Source of the DNA: Deltaproteobacteria bacterium
GTDB taxonomy: Bacteria; Myxococcota; Kuafuiibacteriia; Kuafuiibacteriales; Kuafuiibacteriaceae
Direction of reading: 5' to 3'
Length of the DNA: 64,000 bases
Assembly (NCBI GenBank): GCA_040218735.1
Contig: JAVJQW010000027.1
Coordinates: 1 to 64,000 of the forward strand
Of the stretch, positions 9,203 to 17,793 are shown in pieces. A program made the position numbers and the translations under genes. Position 1 is the stretch's first letter. Every line of letters begins with the position of its first letter. The notes beneath the pieces are model-generated. The model worked only from the letters and a program-made list of their open reading frames with translations. It did not search any database and was not told the DNA's origin.

Positions 9203-10594
9203 ATGCGCGCGCCCCTCGCACTCGGACTGATCCTCGTCGAATACCTCCTCGTGAGCCTCGGGCTCGACTCGAGCGGGACCCCCTGGGGACACGTCGCCGC
9301 GTCGGCGGTCGCGGTGGCGTTCGCCGTCGCGCTCTTCGCCGAAGAGACGCGACGCGCCGTGTTCGAACGACGGATCGAGTCGCGTTCGATCGGGCTGCAC
9401 GCCATCGCGTTCACGGTGGTGGCGGCGCTGGTGCTCACCGGCGTCGTCACCTCCACCTTCGTCGTCGCGCTCCTCGCCACGCTCGCCGCGGCGCCGCTGC
9501 TCACTCCGCTCATCCCTGTGTTGTTCACGCCGCGTGCGATCGGCGCCGGGTTCCTCGGCGCGATTGCGTTCGGCGCCGCGCTCTCCTTCGACGTGTTCTG
9601 GCCCCACCTCCGCAGCGCGACGCTCGGCGCGGTGGCGCTGGTGCTCGACGTCGCGGGCGCGGACGTCCTCGCGCACGTCGACGAGGGCATCGTCGGCACC
9701 ACGGCGTTCGTCGTGCGCATCGAGCCGGCGTGCTCGGGGATGGAGGGCCTCGGGCTCATGTTCGTGTTCGTCGTCGGAGGGCTGGCTTGGTTCCGAAGCG
9801 ACCTCGTCCTGTCGCGCGCGTGGGTGCTCGTCCCGGTGTCGGCCGTGTTGATGCTGGTCCTCAACGTGCTGCGCATCAGCGCGTTGATCGGCGTGGGGCA
9901 CGCGGGGGCGCCGCAGCTCGCGCTCGGCGGGTTCCACTCGCGCGCCGGGTGGGTCGGGTTCTGTGCGGTCGCGGCGGGGCTCGTCGAGGTCGCGCGACGG
10001 AGCCGCTGGTTGCGCCGCGACGTCCCGGCGACGTTCGACGCGCCGGCCGTCGCCTACCTCGCGCCGGTCGCAGCGCTGCTCGCCGGGAAGTTGTTCGTCC
10101 CGCTGTTCAGCGAGGACGCCGAGCTCGCATACGTGATCGCGGCGGCTGCGTCGTTGCTGGCGCTCTTCGCGGTCGGGCGCGACGGGCTGCGTTCCTTGTC
10201 GCCGGGGCCGGTCGGTGTGCCCGTCCTCATCGGCGTCGCGGCGTTCGCCGCCTGGCGTCTGTTCGCGCCGGCGCAGACCTCGACCGAGGCCTGGTGGCTC
10301 CACTTCGCGGTGTCCGTCGTACTCGTCCCGATCGCCGAGGAGCTCGCGTTCCGTGGGTACCTCATGCGGCGACTGGCCAGCGCTACGTTCGAAGAGTCGG
10401 AGCCCGGGCGCGCTCCCGTCTGGGCGGTCGTCGTCAGCTCGGTGGTGTTCGGCGCGGCGCACGAGCAGTTCTTCGCCGCCGTGTTGGCCGGGCTGTTGTT
10501 CGCCTGGGTGTACCGCCGGCGCGGCCGATTGTTCGACGCCGTCGTCGCGCACGCGGTCGCCAACGCCCTCGTCGCATTCGAGGTGCTCCTCTGA
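9203..10594 (+). CDS. xrtE: Exosortase E/CAAX-protease fusion (VPEID-CTERM system)
   Basis: Exosortase triad motifs PACSGMEG, LNVLRI, FHSRAGW; C-terminal CPBP motifs EELAFRGYL, FGAAH, HAVAN. Confidence 0.85.
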   Translation: MRAPLALGLILVEYLLVSLGLDSSGTPWGHVAASAVAVAFAVALFAEETRRAVFERRIESRSIGLHAIAFTVVAALVLTGVVTSTFVVALLATLAAAPLLTPLIPVLFTPRAIGAGFLGAIAFGAALSFDVFWPHLRSATLGAVALVLDVAGADVLAHVDEGIVGTTAFVVRIEPACSGMEGLGLMFVFVVGGLAWFRSDLVLSRAWVLVPVSAVLMLVLNVLRISALIGVGHAGAPQLALGGFHSRAGWVGFCAVAAGLVEVARRSRWLRRDVPATFDAPAVAYLAPVAALLAGKLFVPLFSEDAELAYVIAAAASLLALFAVGRDGLRSLSPGPVGVPVLIGVAAFAAWRLFAPAQTSTEAWWLHFAVSVVLVPIAEELAFRGYLMRRLASATFEESEPGRAPVWAVVVSSVVFGAAHEQFFAAVLAGLLFAWVYRRRGRLFDAVVAHAVANALVAFEVLL

Positions 10595-10656
10595 GTATAC
10601 GTGTGTGAGCGCGGCGCCGAGACTGCGACCTGGGCCGTGTGTAAGCGTACCGGTGG

Positions 10657-12360
10657 ATGGGGCCTCGTTGGTCATGCTTCGTCGTCTTGGTGGGTGCCTG
10701 CGCCGCACCGGCGCCGGAGTCCACGCCGCCACCGGTCGCACCGGGTGAGCCCGAGGCGCGGATCTGGACGGCGCCGAGCGGAGCCGTCGCGCTGCAAGAC
10801 AAGTTGCGGGCAACGCTCCCCGTGATCCCCTCGATGGGAGAGCCGAGCCCGAACCGTTGCGCGCAGGCCGCGGCGCCCCTCGCCTTCGACGACGTCACGG
10901 TGTGCGCGGGCGTGACGGGCGGACGTGGCTACATCCACGACTACCGGACGTCCGGGCAGGCGTGGGCCGACGTCGACGGTGACGGCGACCTCGACCTCTA
11001 CGTCACGGACTCGCTCGGGCCCAACACGCTGTACGCCAACCGCGGCGACGGGACCTTCGAGGTCTCCGAGATGAACGCGATGGTCGCCGACACGCCGAAC
11101 GCGAGCGGCGGTGCGCTGTTCGCCGACTACGACAACGACGGGGACCAGGACCTGTTCGTGCTCAGCTTCGGTCGCAACACGCTCTACCGAAACGACGGCG
11201 GCGTGGCGTTCGTCGACATCACCGAGGAGGCGGGCGTCGGCGGCGTCGGTATGGGGCAGACCGGAGCCTTCGGCGACTACGACAACGACGGCTTCCTCGA
11301 CCTGTACGTGACGAACTGGGGCTGCTTCCTGTGCGCACCCGAGGGCGAGGACTGGGTGACGTACGGAGCGGACCTGCTCTACCACAACAACGGCGACGGG
11401 ACGTTCACGGACGTGTCGGGCCTGATGACCGTGAACGAGCGAACCGGCGCAGGCTACGTTGCGAGCTGGTTCGACTACGACAACGACCTCGACCTCGACC
11501 TCTACGTCGTCAACGACAAGGGCTACGAGGGTGACCCGGAGCCCGGCTCGGCGATCAACCGCAACGTCCTCTGGGAGAACGTGGGTCCGGGCTGCGCGGG
11601 TTGGTGTTTCCGCGAGCGCGCCATCGAAGCGGGCGCCGACCAACGGCTCGAGGGGATGGGGCTCGCGATCGCGGACTACGACCACGACGACGACCTCGAT
11701 CTGTTCTTCACGAACACCGGGATGCCCGTGCTCCTGGAGAACGACGGGCAGGGCAACTTCACCGACGTCACGGAGCGCGCGGGCGTCGGCTTCGATCACA
11801 CGAGCTGGGGTGCGGTGTTCTTCGACTACGACAACGACGGCGACCAGGATCTCTACTACGCCCTCGGGCGGACGTTCGGATACGACAACCCGAACCGTCT
11901 CTTCGAGAACCTCGGGGACGGCACCTTCGCCGATGTCTCGGACGTCAGCGGTGCCGACGGGGCGACCTACGACATCGGCGTCGCCGCCGGCGACTACGAC
12001 CAGGACGGTGGCGTGGATCTGGTGATTGGGCAGTTCGCCCGCGGCTACCGGCTGCTGCGCAATCGAACGAACGAACGCGAGGGCCACGGGTGGATCTCGG
12101 TGCGGCTCGAAGGCGGCGGACCGATCAACCGCGACGGCATCGGGAGCCGCGTCTTCGTGGAGACCGACGACGGGCGAGTCCAGATGCAGGAGCTGAAGTG
12201 TGGCTCGAGCAACGGCGCCGGCAACGACCTCGCGCTCCACTTCGGGTTGGGCGAGGCGACCCAAGCGCGGGTGTTCGTCCGGTGGCCAGACGGGCTGATC
12301 ACGTCCGCAACCGGCGTTGCATCCGGGACTCGGCTCGCGCTGGCCTACCCTGCGAACTGA
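10657..12360 (+). CDS. CRTAC1/ASPIC-UnbV family FG-GAP repeat lipoprotein
   Basis: Lipobox LVGAC; repeated DYDNDGDxDL motifs; C-terminal LHFGLG...VRWPDG. Confidence 0.92.
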   Translation: MGPRWSCFVVLVGACAAPAPESTPPPVAPGEPEARIWTAPSGAVALQDKLRATLPVIPSMGEPSPNRCAQAAAPLAFDDVTVCAGVTGGRGYIHDYRTSGQAWADVDGDGDLDLYVTDSLGPNTLYANRGDGTFEVSEMNAMVADTPNASGGALFADYDNDGDQDLFVLSFGRNTLYRNDGGVAFVDITEEAGVGGVGMGQTGAFGDYDNDGFLDLYVTNWGCFLCAPEGEDWVTYGADLLYHNNGDGTFTDVSGLMTVNERTGAGYVASWFDYDNDLDLDLYVVNDKGYEGDPEPGSAINRNVLWENVGPGCAGWCFRERAIEAGADQRLEGMGLAIADYDHDDDLDLFFTNTGMPVLLENDGQGNFTDVTERAGVGFDHTSWGAVFFDYDNDGDQDLYYALGRTFGYDNPNRLFENLGDGTFADVSDVSGADGATYDIGVAAGDYDQDGGVDLVIGQFARGYRLLRNRTNEREGHGWISVRLEGGGPINRDGIGSRVFVETDDGRVQMQELKCGSSNGAGNDLALHFGLGEATQARVFVRWPDGLITSATGVASGTRLALAYPAN

Positions 12361-12366
12361 AGTTGA

Positions 12367-12388
12367 ATGTCACTTTGATGTCACCTGG
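12367..12388 (+). promoter_or_regulatory. Putative Pho box (PhoB-type direct repeat)
   Basis: ATGTCAC at 12367 and 12378 (11-bp period), upstream of a porin O/P-type gene. Confidence 0.7.
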
Positions 12389-12441
12389 ACGCCATGTTGA
12401 CGTAGACTCCGGCGATCGCCCGTCTTCTCCCCTGCCTGTCG

Positions 12442-13623
12442 GTGCTGGCCGCTTCGTTGTGGGCGTCGTCCGCGCTGGCCATACCGACGACCGACACGAG
12501 TAGCGGAAGCATCGGGTACGTCCCGGGCCACGGCGCGATCGCGCGCTCCGCGGACGGACAGTTCGCCCTCGCCATCCGCATCCGCGGTCAGATGCGTCAC
12601 ACCGCGCGCGCGCCTTCGTCCGGAGCCGCGCGGCAGGCGTTCGAGATCCGTCGCGCGCGCATCGTGCTCGCGGGGCACCTCTTCGGCCCGGAGAGTCGCT
12701 TCAAGCTCGAGTTGGGGCTCTCGCCCGCGGACCTCGGCGTCGTCGACAACTTGTCCGCCGACCCCGACGAACGCGCGACGCGACGAACGCCGCTCCTCGA
12801 TCTGTACTTCGAGCTGCGTCACCTCCGCGACCTCACGGTGCGCATCGGTCAGTACAAGCTCCCGTCGAACCGACAGCGCGTCATCTCGTCCGGGAACCTC
12901 CAGCTCGTCGACCGCTCGATCGTGAATCCGGAGTTCACGCTCGACCGCGACCTCGCGATCGATCTCCGCAGCCGCGACCTCTTCGGGCTCGATCTCTTTC
13001 GTTACTACCTCGGGGTCGCGATCGCTCGCGGCCGCGACAGCCGCGGCTTCGACGACTTCGGCATGATGTACTTCGGCCGCGTCGAGGTGCTCCCGTTTGG
13101 ACACTTCGCGGACTACTCCGAGGTCGACTTCGCTCGCACCGAGAAGCTGCGCGCGAGCTTCGGCGCCGCGTACGCCTTCATCGACAACTCCATCGGCCTG
13201 CGCCGCCCTTCGGATCCGGCGCCGGCCGAGGGGGGCACGACGGACAACCACGTCGTGGTCGCGGACACGATCGTGAAGTACGCAGGGTTGACGCTCCAGA
13301 GCGAGCTCGGCTGGCGCCGCGGTCGGCGCAACGTCATCACGAACAACCAGGATGTCACGCCCGCCCGCAACGGTTGGGGGACGATGGTGCAGCTCGGCTA
13401 CCTGTTCGGCGCCCACCCGATCGAGGTCGCTGCGCGCTACGGTCGCGTGCGCGGCGCATCCGGAGAGACGAGCCTCGAAGATCGCAACGAGCTCGGCGGG
13501 GGCCTCAGCTGGTACTTCTACGAGCACCCCTTCAAGCTCCAAGCGGACGTGTTTCGGCTGTGGCAGACGCGCATCTCGGACGGAGATCTCCGCGTGCGGG
13601 TTCAGCTGCAGGCGTCGCTTTGA
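12442..13623 (+). CDS. Porin, phosphate-selective porin O/P-like
   Basis: FEIRRARIVLAG, LLDLYFE, RIGQYKLP, SSGNLQLVDRS motifs; terminal amphipathic strand RVQLQASL; start uncertain. Confidence 0.8.
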   Translation: MLAASLWASSALAIPTTDTSSGSIGYVPGHGAIARSADGQFALAIRIRGQMRHTARAPSSGAARQAFEIRRARIVLAGHLFGPESRFKLELGLSPADLGVVDNLSADPDERATRRTPLLDLYFELRHLRDLTVRIGQYKLPSNRQRVISSGNLQLVDRSIVNPEFTLDRDLAIDLRSRDLFGLDLFRYYLGVAIARGRDSRGFDDFGMMYFGRVEVLPFGHFADYSEVDFARTEKLRASFGAAYAFIDNSIGLRRPSDPAPAEGGTTDNHVVVADTIVKYAGLTLQSELGWRRGRRNVITNNQDVTPARNGWGTMVQLGYLFGAHPIEVAARYGRVRGASGETSLEDRNELGGGLSWYFYEHPFKLQADVFRLWQTRISDGDLRVRVQLQASL

Positions 13624-13638
13624 TATGGCCTTGGTCTC

Positions 13639-14013
13639 GTGAAGGTCGCGCTCGGAGTGCTCGCGGTGGCCGCGCTCGTCGTGCTCGTGCTGTGGAGCCT
13701 CGGCGATCTCCGCGCCCGCCCGCCCGGAGCGCTCGGCGTCTGCCCCGACACGCCGCGTGAGCGCGACTTCGAGCTCGCGGCAAAGCGAACCCACGACGCG
13801 CAGCTCGATGCGGTGGAGCGCGCCGCCCGCGCCCTCGCCGAAGGGCACGAGCCGAGTGACGCCGACCAGGACGAGTACTGCGCCTGGGAGCTGGTCACGT
13901 CCTGCAAAGCCGCGCCGGATCTCGCGGCGCTCACCGCGAGCGTCGCCGCCGAGCGGAAGAGGATCGAAGCGGACCGCCAACGCCTGAAGGCGTGTGACTA
14001 CCTGCGACGTTAG
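13639..14013 (+). CDS. Hypothetical membrane-anchored protein
   Basis: N-terminal hydrophobic segment, four Cys, fills the gap between co-oriented genes. Confidence 0.6.
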   Translation: MKVALGVLAVAALVVLVLWSLGDLRARPPGALGVCPDTPRERDFELAAKRTHDAQLDAVERAARALAEGHEPSDADQDEYCAWELVTSCKAAPDLAALTASVAAERKRIEADRQRLKACDYLRR

Positions 14014-14088
14014 GCTCGATGTGGCCCATGCGCGCGGTCACGTCGGGAAGACGGGACTCATTCCGACTCGCGGGTAGTTTGACCCGAT

Positions 14089-15324
14089 GTGTCCGGCGAA
14101 GTCATCGGCTCCGCGCTCGCGCTGGTCGCCTACGCGCTGATCGCCAACGTGGCGATCGCGTTGGTGCCCCACGAGCCGGCCGTGATCGTCGCCGGCGGGA
14201 CGCTCGGTGTCGCGCTCACGGTGGTGGCGGCGTCGGTCGGGACCGCCCTCGCGGCGTACCTCGACCACCGCCTCTTCGCCGGGATGCTCGAGCGTCGCGC
14301 GCGGCCGGAGGGGCTCGCGCGGTGGCTGCTGGAGCGGTTCGAGCGCGCGCCGTCGGCGGTGCTCGCCGCGAGCGGGTTGCTGCCGGTGCCGACGTGGCCG
14401 TTCAAGGTCGCGGCGCTGACGGTGGGGCTGTCGCGGTGGCGCTACGTCGCCGCGCTGACGGCGGGGCGGGTGCCTCGCTACGCGCTGCTCGCGGCGTTCG
14501 GGAGCGCGCTGTCGTTGCCGACGCCGGTGCTCGTGGCGATCAGCGTCGGCTTCGGCGCGGTGATGGGGATTGGACCCCTGATGAGGAGATTCAAGATGGC
14601 GAAAGACAACAACCAGCAAGCGCAACGCATGACGGACGGGCTCACGGCACGGTGGGAGAAGGAGAACCTCCCCCGCATGGCGGCGGCGCTCCCGGCCTGG
14701 GTCACGCCGGATCACCTCACGGTGCTCGGCCTCGTGGCGGCGGTCGTGATCGCGGCGGGCTACGTGCTGTCGTCGTTCTCACCCGCGTGGCTGTTGCTGG
14801 TGGTCGTCGGACTGTTCTTCCACTGGCTGGGCGACAGCCTCGACGGGACGCTCGCCCGCGTCCGCAAACAGACGCGCGAGCGCTACGGCTACTACGTGGA
14901 CCGCACGGCCGACGCGATCAGCACGGTGCTGATCGGCGTCGCGTTCGGGCTGTCGCCGTACGTGCACCTCTCGGTCGCGATGCTCATGACGATCAGCTAC
15001 CTCCTGCTCCAGATCTACGCGGAGATCTGCGCGTACACCGCGCGTGAGTTCCCGCTCTCGTTCGGTCACCTCGGCCCGACCGAAGCGCGAATCGCGCTCG
15101 CGTTGTTCACGGTGCTGATGATGTTCCTACCGCCGGCCTCGGTCATCGTCGCCGGCCTGAACGTCACGTGGGTCGACGGCGTCGTGCTCTGCGTGAGCGC
15201 CGGCCTGTTCGTCACGTTCGCGGTGTCCTCGTGGCGCCAGGCGCGCCGCCTCGACGTGCTCGATCGCCAGCAGTGGAAGCTCGCCACCGAGAGCGGCACC
15301 GGCTTCCCGCAGATCCGTGACTAA
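14089..15324 (+). CDS. DedA/VTT-like domain fused to CDP-alcohol phosphatidyltransferase
   Basis: N-terminus with DedA-like LLPVPTWPFK...GRVPRY; C-terminus TPDHLT and DSLDGTLAR...GYYVDRTAD signature. Confidence 0.8.
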   Translation: MSGEVIGSALALVAYALIANVAIALVPHEPAVIVAGGTLGVALTVVAASVGTALAAYLDHRLFAGMLERRARPEGLARWLLERFERAPSAVLAASGLLPVPTWPFKVAALTVGLSRWRYVAALTAGRVPRYALLAAFGSALSLPTPVLVAISVGFGAVMGIGPLMRRFKMAKDNNQQAQRMTDGLTARWEKENLPRMAAALPAWVTPDHLTVLGLVAAVVIAAGYVLSSFSPAWLLLVVVGLFFHWLGDSLDGTLARVRKQTRERYGYYVDRTADAISTVLIGVAFGLSPYVHLSVAMLMTISYLLLQIYAEICAYTAREFPLSFGHLGPTEARIALALFTVLMMFLPPASVIVAGLNVTWVDGVVLCVSAGLFVTFAVSSWRQARRLDVLDRQQWKLATESGTGFPQIRD

Positions 15325-16385
15325 CGCGCCTTGTTCACGAGCGACGCGGCCAACGCCTCCGTCATCTCGTAGAAACCTTCGTCCGAGCAGTCCCCGCGCG
15401 CGGCGCCCGCCGTCACGACGATCTCCTTCGCGAGATCGATCAACTCACCGTTGAGGACACACGAGCTCCCGAAGCGCGTGATCTGCGAGCGCAAGATGAA
15501 TTGCGCGGCGAGCGCCTTGCCCAGCTCGATCTGACAGCGCTCGTCGTAGCACGACTTGTACGAGTCGGCCTTCGCCGCCGCGACCTGGTCGGCGAGCACC
15601 GACTCCTGCGCGCCGCGGTCGATCGTCGAGAAACCACCCGCCGCGACGAACACCCGGAGCTGGTCGCCGACGTTCTGCCTCAACAGCGGATCGATCGCTC
15701 GCGTCGGATCCGCGGCGTTGAGATCCCGCACCTCCATCACGGCGACGATCTTCGGGGCGGTCTTCACGGGCGGCGGGGGCGGCGGCGCGCCCTTCAGCGG
15801 ATCGTCGCGCACGAGATCCACCGCGAGCTCGCGCGGTCCCGGTGCGATCACCTGCACGAAGAGGTCCTGATACCCGGGCCGCTTCGCCACGTACTTCGCC
15901 GCCTTCTCGCGGACGTCGCGCGACAGCAGCTCTTCCTCCTCGAACCCCCAGATCCCCGCGAAGGTCCACTCGGTGATCGACAGCGCCGTCATGATCATCG
16001 AGCCGAAGGTCAACGAGATCACCTTGCCCGGCGTCCCGATGTCCGACTTCGCGATGAGCACGATGCCCACCGTCATCAGCGCGGCGTCGAGGAATCCACC
16101 GAGGAACAGCGGGAGCGTCGACTCCGGGACCTTGTAGCGCTCCGAGACCTCGTAAGCGATCGTGTCCGTGCTCGGCCCGTCACCGACGTGCACCAGCTCC
16201 CCGCCCTCGACGCGGTAGAGCGTCGCCGCGTTGGGCGTCGGCGTGATGCGTAGGTCGTAGCGCTCCTCGCGGACGCGCGTCTCTTCGTGTGAGTACCCGA
16301 CGAACGTGCTCTGCAGGATCCAGCCGCACCCCTGTCCGAAGATCGCGATCGCCGCGGTCGCGACGTGTGCCCCCGACTTCCCCAT
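15321..16385 (-). CDS. Putative lipoprotein with TM hairpin and C-terminal CsgG/TolB-N-like alpha/beta domain
   Basis: GQGC lipobox-like; two hydrophobic helices; Pro linker; IVAVMEV...CYDERCQIELGKALAAQFIL domain. Confidence 0.65.
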   Translation of the reverse strand: MGKSGAHVATAAIAIFGQGCGWILQSTFVGYSHEETRVREERYDLRITPTPNAATLYRVEGGELVHVGDGPSTDTIAYEVSERYKVPESTLPLFLGGFLDAALMTVGIVLIAKSDIGTPGKVISLTFGSMIMTALSITEWTFAGIWGFEEEELLSRDVREKAAKYVAKRPGYQDLFVQVIAPGPRELAVDLVRDDPLKGAPPPPPPVKTAPKIVAVMEVRDLNAADPTRAIDPLLRQNVGDQLRVFVAAGGFSTIDRGAQESVLADQVAAAKADSYKSCYDERCQIELGKALAAQFILRSQITRFGSSCVLNGELIDLAKEIVVTAGAARGDCSDEGFYEMTEALAASLVNKAR

Positions 16386-16421
16386 CCCGTTCGAACCCTA
16401 CGCCGAATCGGAGTCGATGGG

Positions 16422-17627
16422 TCACTGTGATCGCGATGCCACCCACTTCGGGAGCGCGAGCAACGGCAGCGGAGACACCAACGCAAACGTCACCCCGAGG
16501 TACAGCGCGTTGCCGATGCCGATCGCCTCGGCCACCGCACCCGCGCCGAGCGCCGCGACGGGGAGGAGCAGCGTCTCGACCGCCGTGAAGATCCCGTTCG
16601 CACGCGCGAGCACACTGCGGTCGAGGTACGTCTGCCGATGCGTCGTCGCGTGCACCTGGTACGCGATCTCGAACCCGTCGCTCACGAGCTGGTGCGCGAC
16701 GAGCAGACCGATCGCCCACCAGCCCCCGACCGCCGCGAGCGGGATGAAGATCATCGACAGCTGCGACACCGTGAACGCCGCGATCAGCCCGCCGCGACTC
16801 GTGATGCGCCGCGACAGGAGCGCGCCGAACAGCGCGCCGAAGCCGCCCATCGAGATGATCACGCCGACCGCACCCACCGACAGCGCGAGCGTCTCGAGCG
16901 TGAACAACATGTAGAGCGCGAAGAAGAAGCTGTCGGCGAGCGTCTGGATCGCCGTGACGATCAGGTAGGGGCGCACGCGCGGCTCGGACCACACCGCGTC
17001 GAAGCCTTCGCGCAGGTCCGTCCACAGGTGAGGCGTCGTGGTGGGGAGCTCCGGCTCACGCGTCTGGATGCGGAACAGGAGGACGGCCGACCACACGTAG
17101 GAGATCGCGTCGAGCAACATCGCCATGGGCGCCGTGACCCACTCGATCAGCAGCCCGGCGAACCCCGGCCCGACGATCTCCGCGATCGACTCCGTGGTCT
17201 CGAGCTTGGCGTTTTTGTCGACGAGCTCCTCCGCCGGCACGAGGTGGACGAGGTAGGCGTTGTCGGTGACCGCGAACAGCGCCGAGGCCGTCCCGACGAG
17301 CGCCGCGACGCCGTAGAGCTGGAGCATCGTCAACGCACCGAGCCAAGCGGCGAGGGGGAGCGTCAGGATGAGCACCGCCCGGACCAGATCCGCACCGATC
17401 AGGACCGAGCGCTTCTGGGCGCGGTCGATGCGGCCCGCGGCGAGGAGCGCGACGATCGCCCCCGGACCGGTCGAAACCGCCGCGAGAATCCCCAGCTCCA
17501 GCGGCGTCCCGTCCACGGAGAGGATCGCGAGCACCGGCAGCGCGGTGCGCGTAACGCGGCTCCCGAGGGCGCTGACGCTCTGCGCCATCCAGAGGCGCCC
17601 GAAGTCCGTGCGGGGCATGCGTGTCAT
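16422..17627 (-). CDS. MFS transporter (MFS_3/H+ antiporter-like)
   Basis: DFGRLWMAQSVSALG, AGRIDRAQKRSVLIGADLVR; about 12 TM. Confidence 0.92.
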   Translation of the reverse strand: MTRMPRTDFGRLWMAQSVSALGSRVTRTALPVLAILSVDGTPLELGILAAVSTGPGAIVALLAAGRIDRAQKRSVLIGADLVRAVLILTLPLAAWLGALTMLQLYGVAALVGTASALFAVTDNAYLVHLVPAEELVDKNAKLETTESIAEIVGPGFAGLLIEWVTAPMAMLLDAISYVWSAVLLFRIQTREPELPTTTPHLWTDLREGFDAVWSEPRVRPYLIVTAIQTLADSFFFALYMLFTLETLALSVGAVGVIISMGGFGALFGALLSRRITSRGGLIAAFTVSQLSMIFIPLAAVGGWWAIGLLVAHQLVSDGFEIAYQVHATTHRQTYLDRSVLARANGIFTAVETLLLPVAALGAGAVAEAIGIGNALYLGVTFALVSPLPLLALPKWVASRSQ

Positions 17628-17793
17628 CGCAGGGGTCGACCGACGGTCTACGCAACCGAGTGGGTCATATGCCCACCGAGTAGGATCGGGTTGCAGATTC
17701 GGGAGGGTTCAGGTGTACTCATCTTACGCCGAGCGACCTCGCGGTCGCGGTGTACGTCGGGCCCGAGGATGGGACCGGCGGGGAGGACAAGGA

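Noticed and set aside
12394-12441. In-frame ATG-TTG-ACG-TAG upstream of the porin, suggesting amber readthrough to extend the signal peptide
   Set aside because: TAGACT fits a -10 element after the Pho box, other genes use TAG as a normal stop, and no recoding machinery is visible
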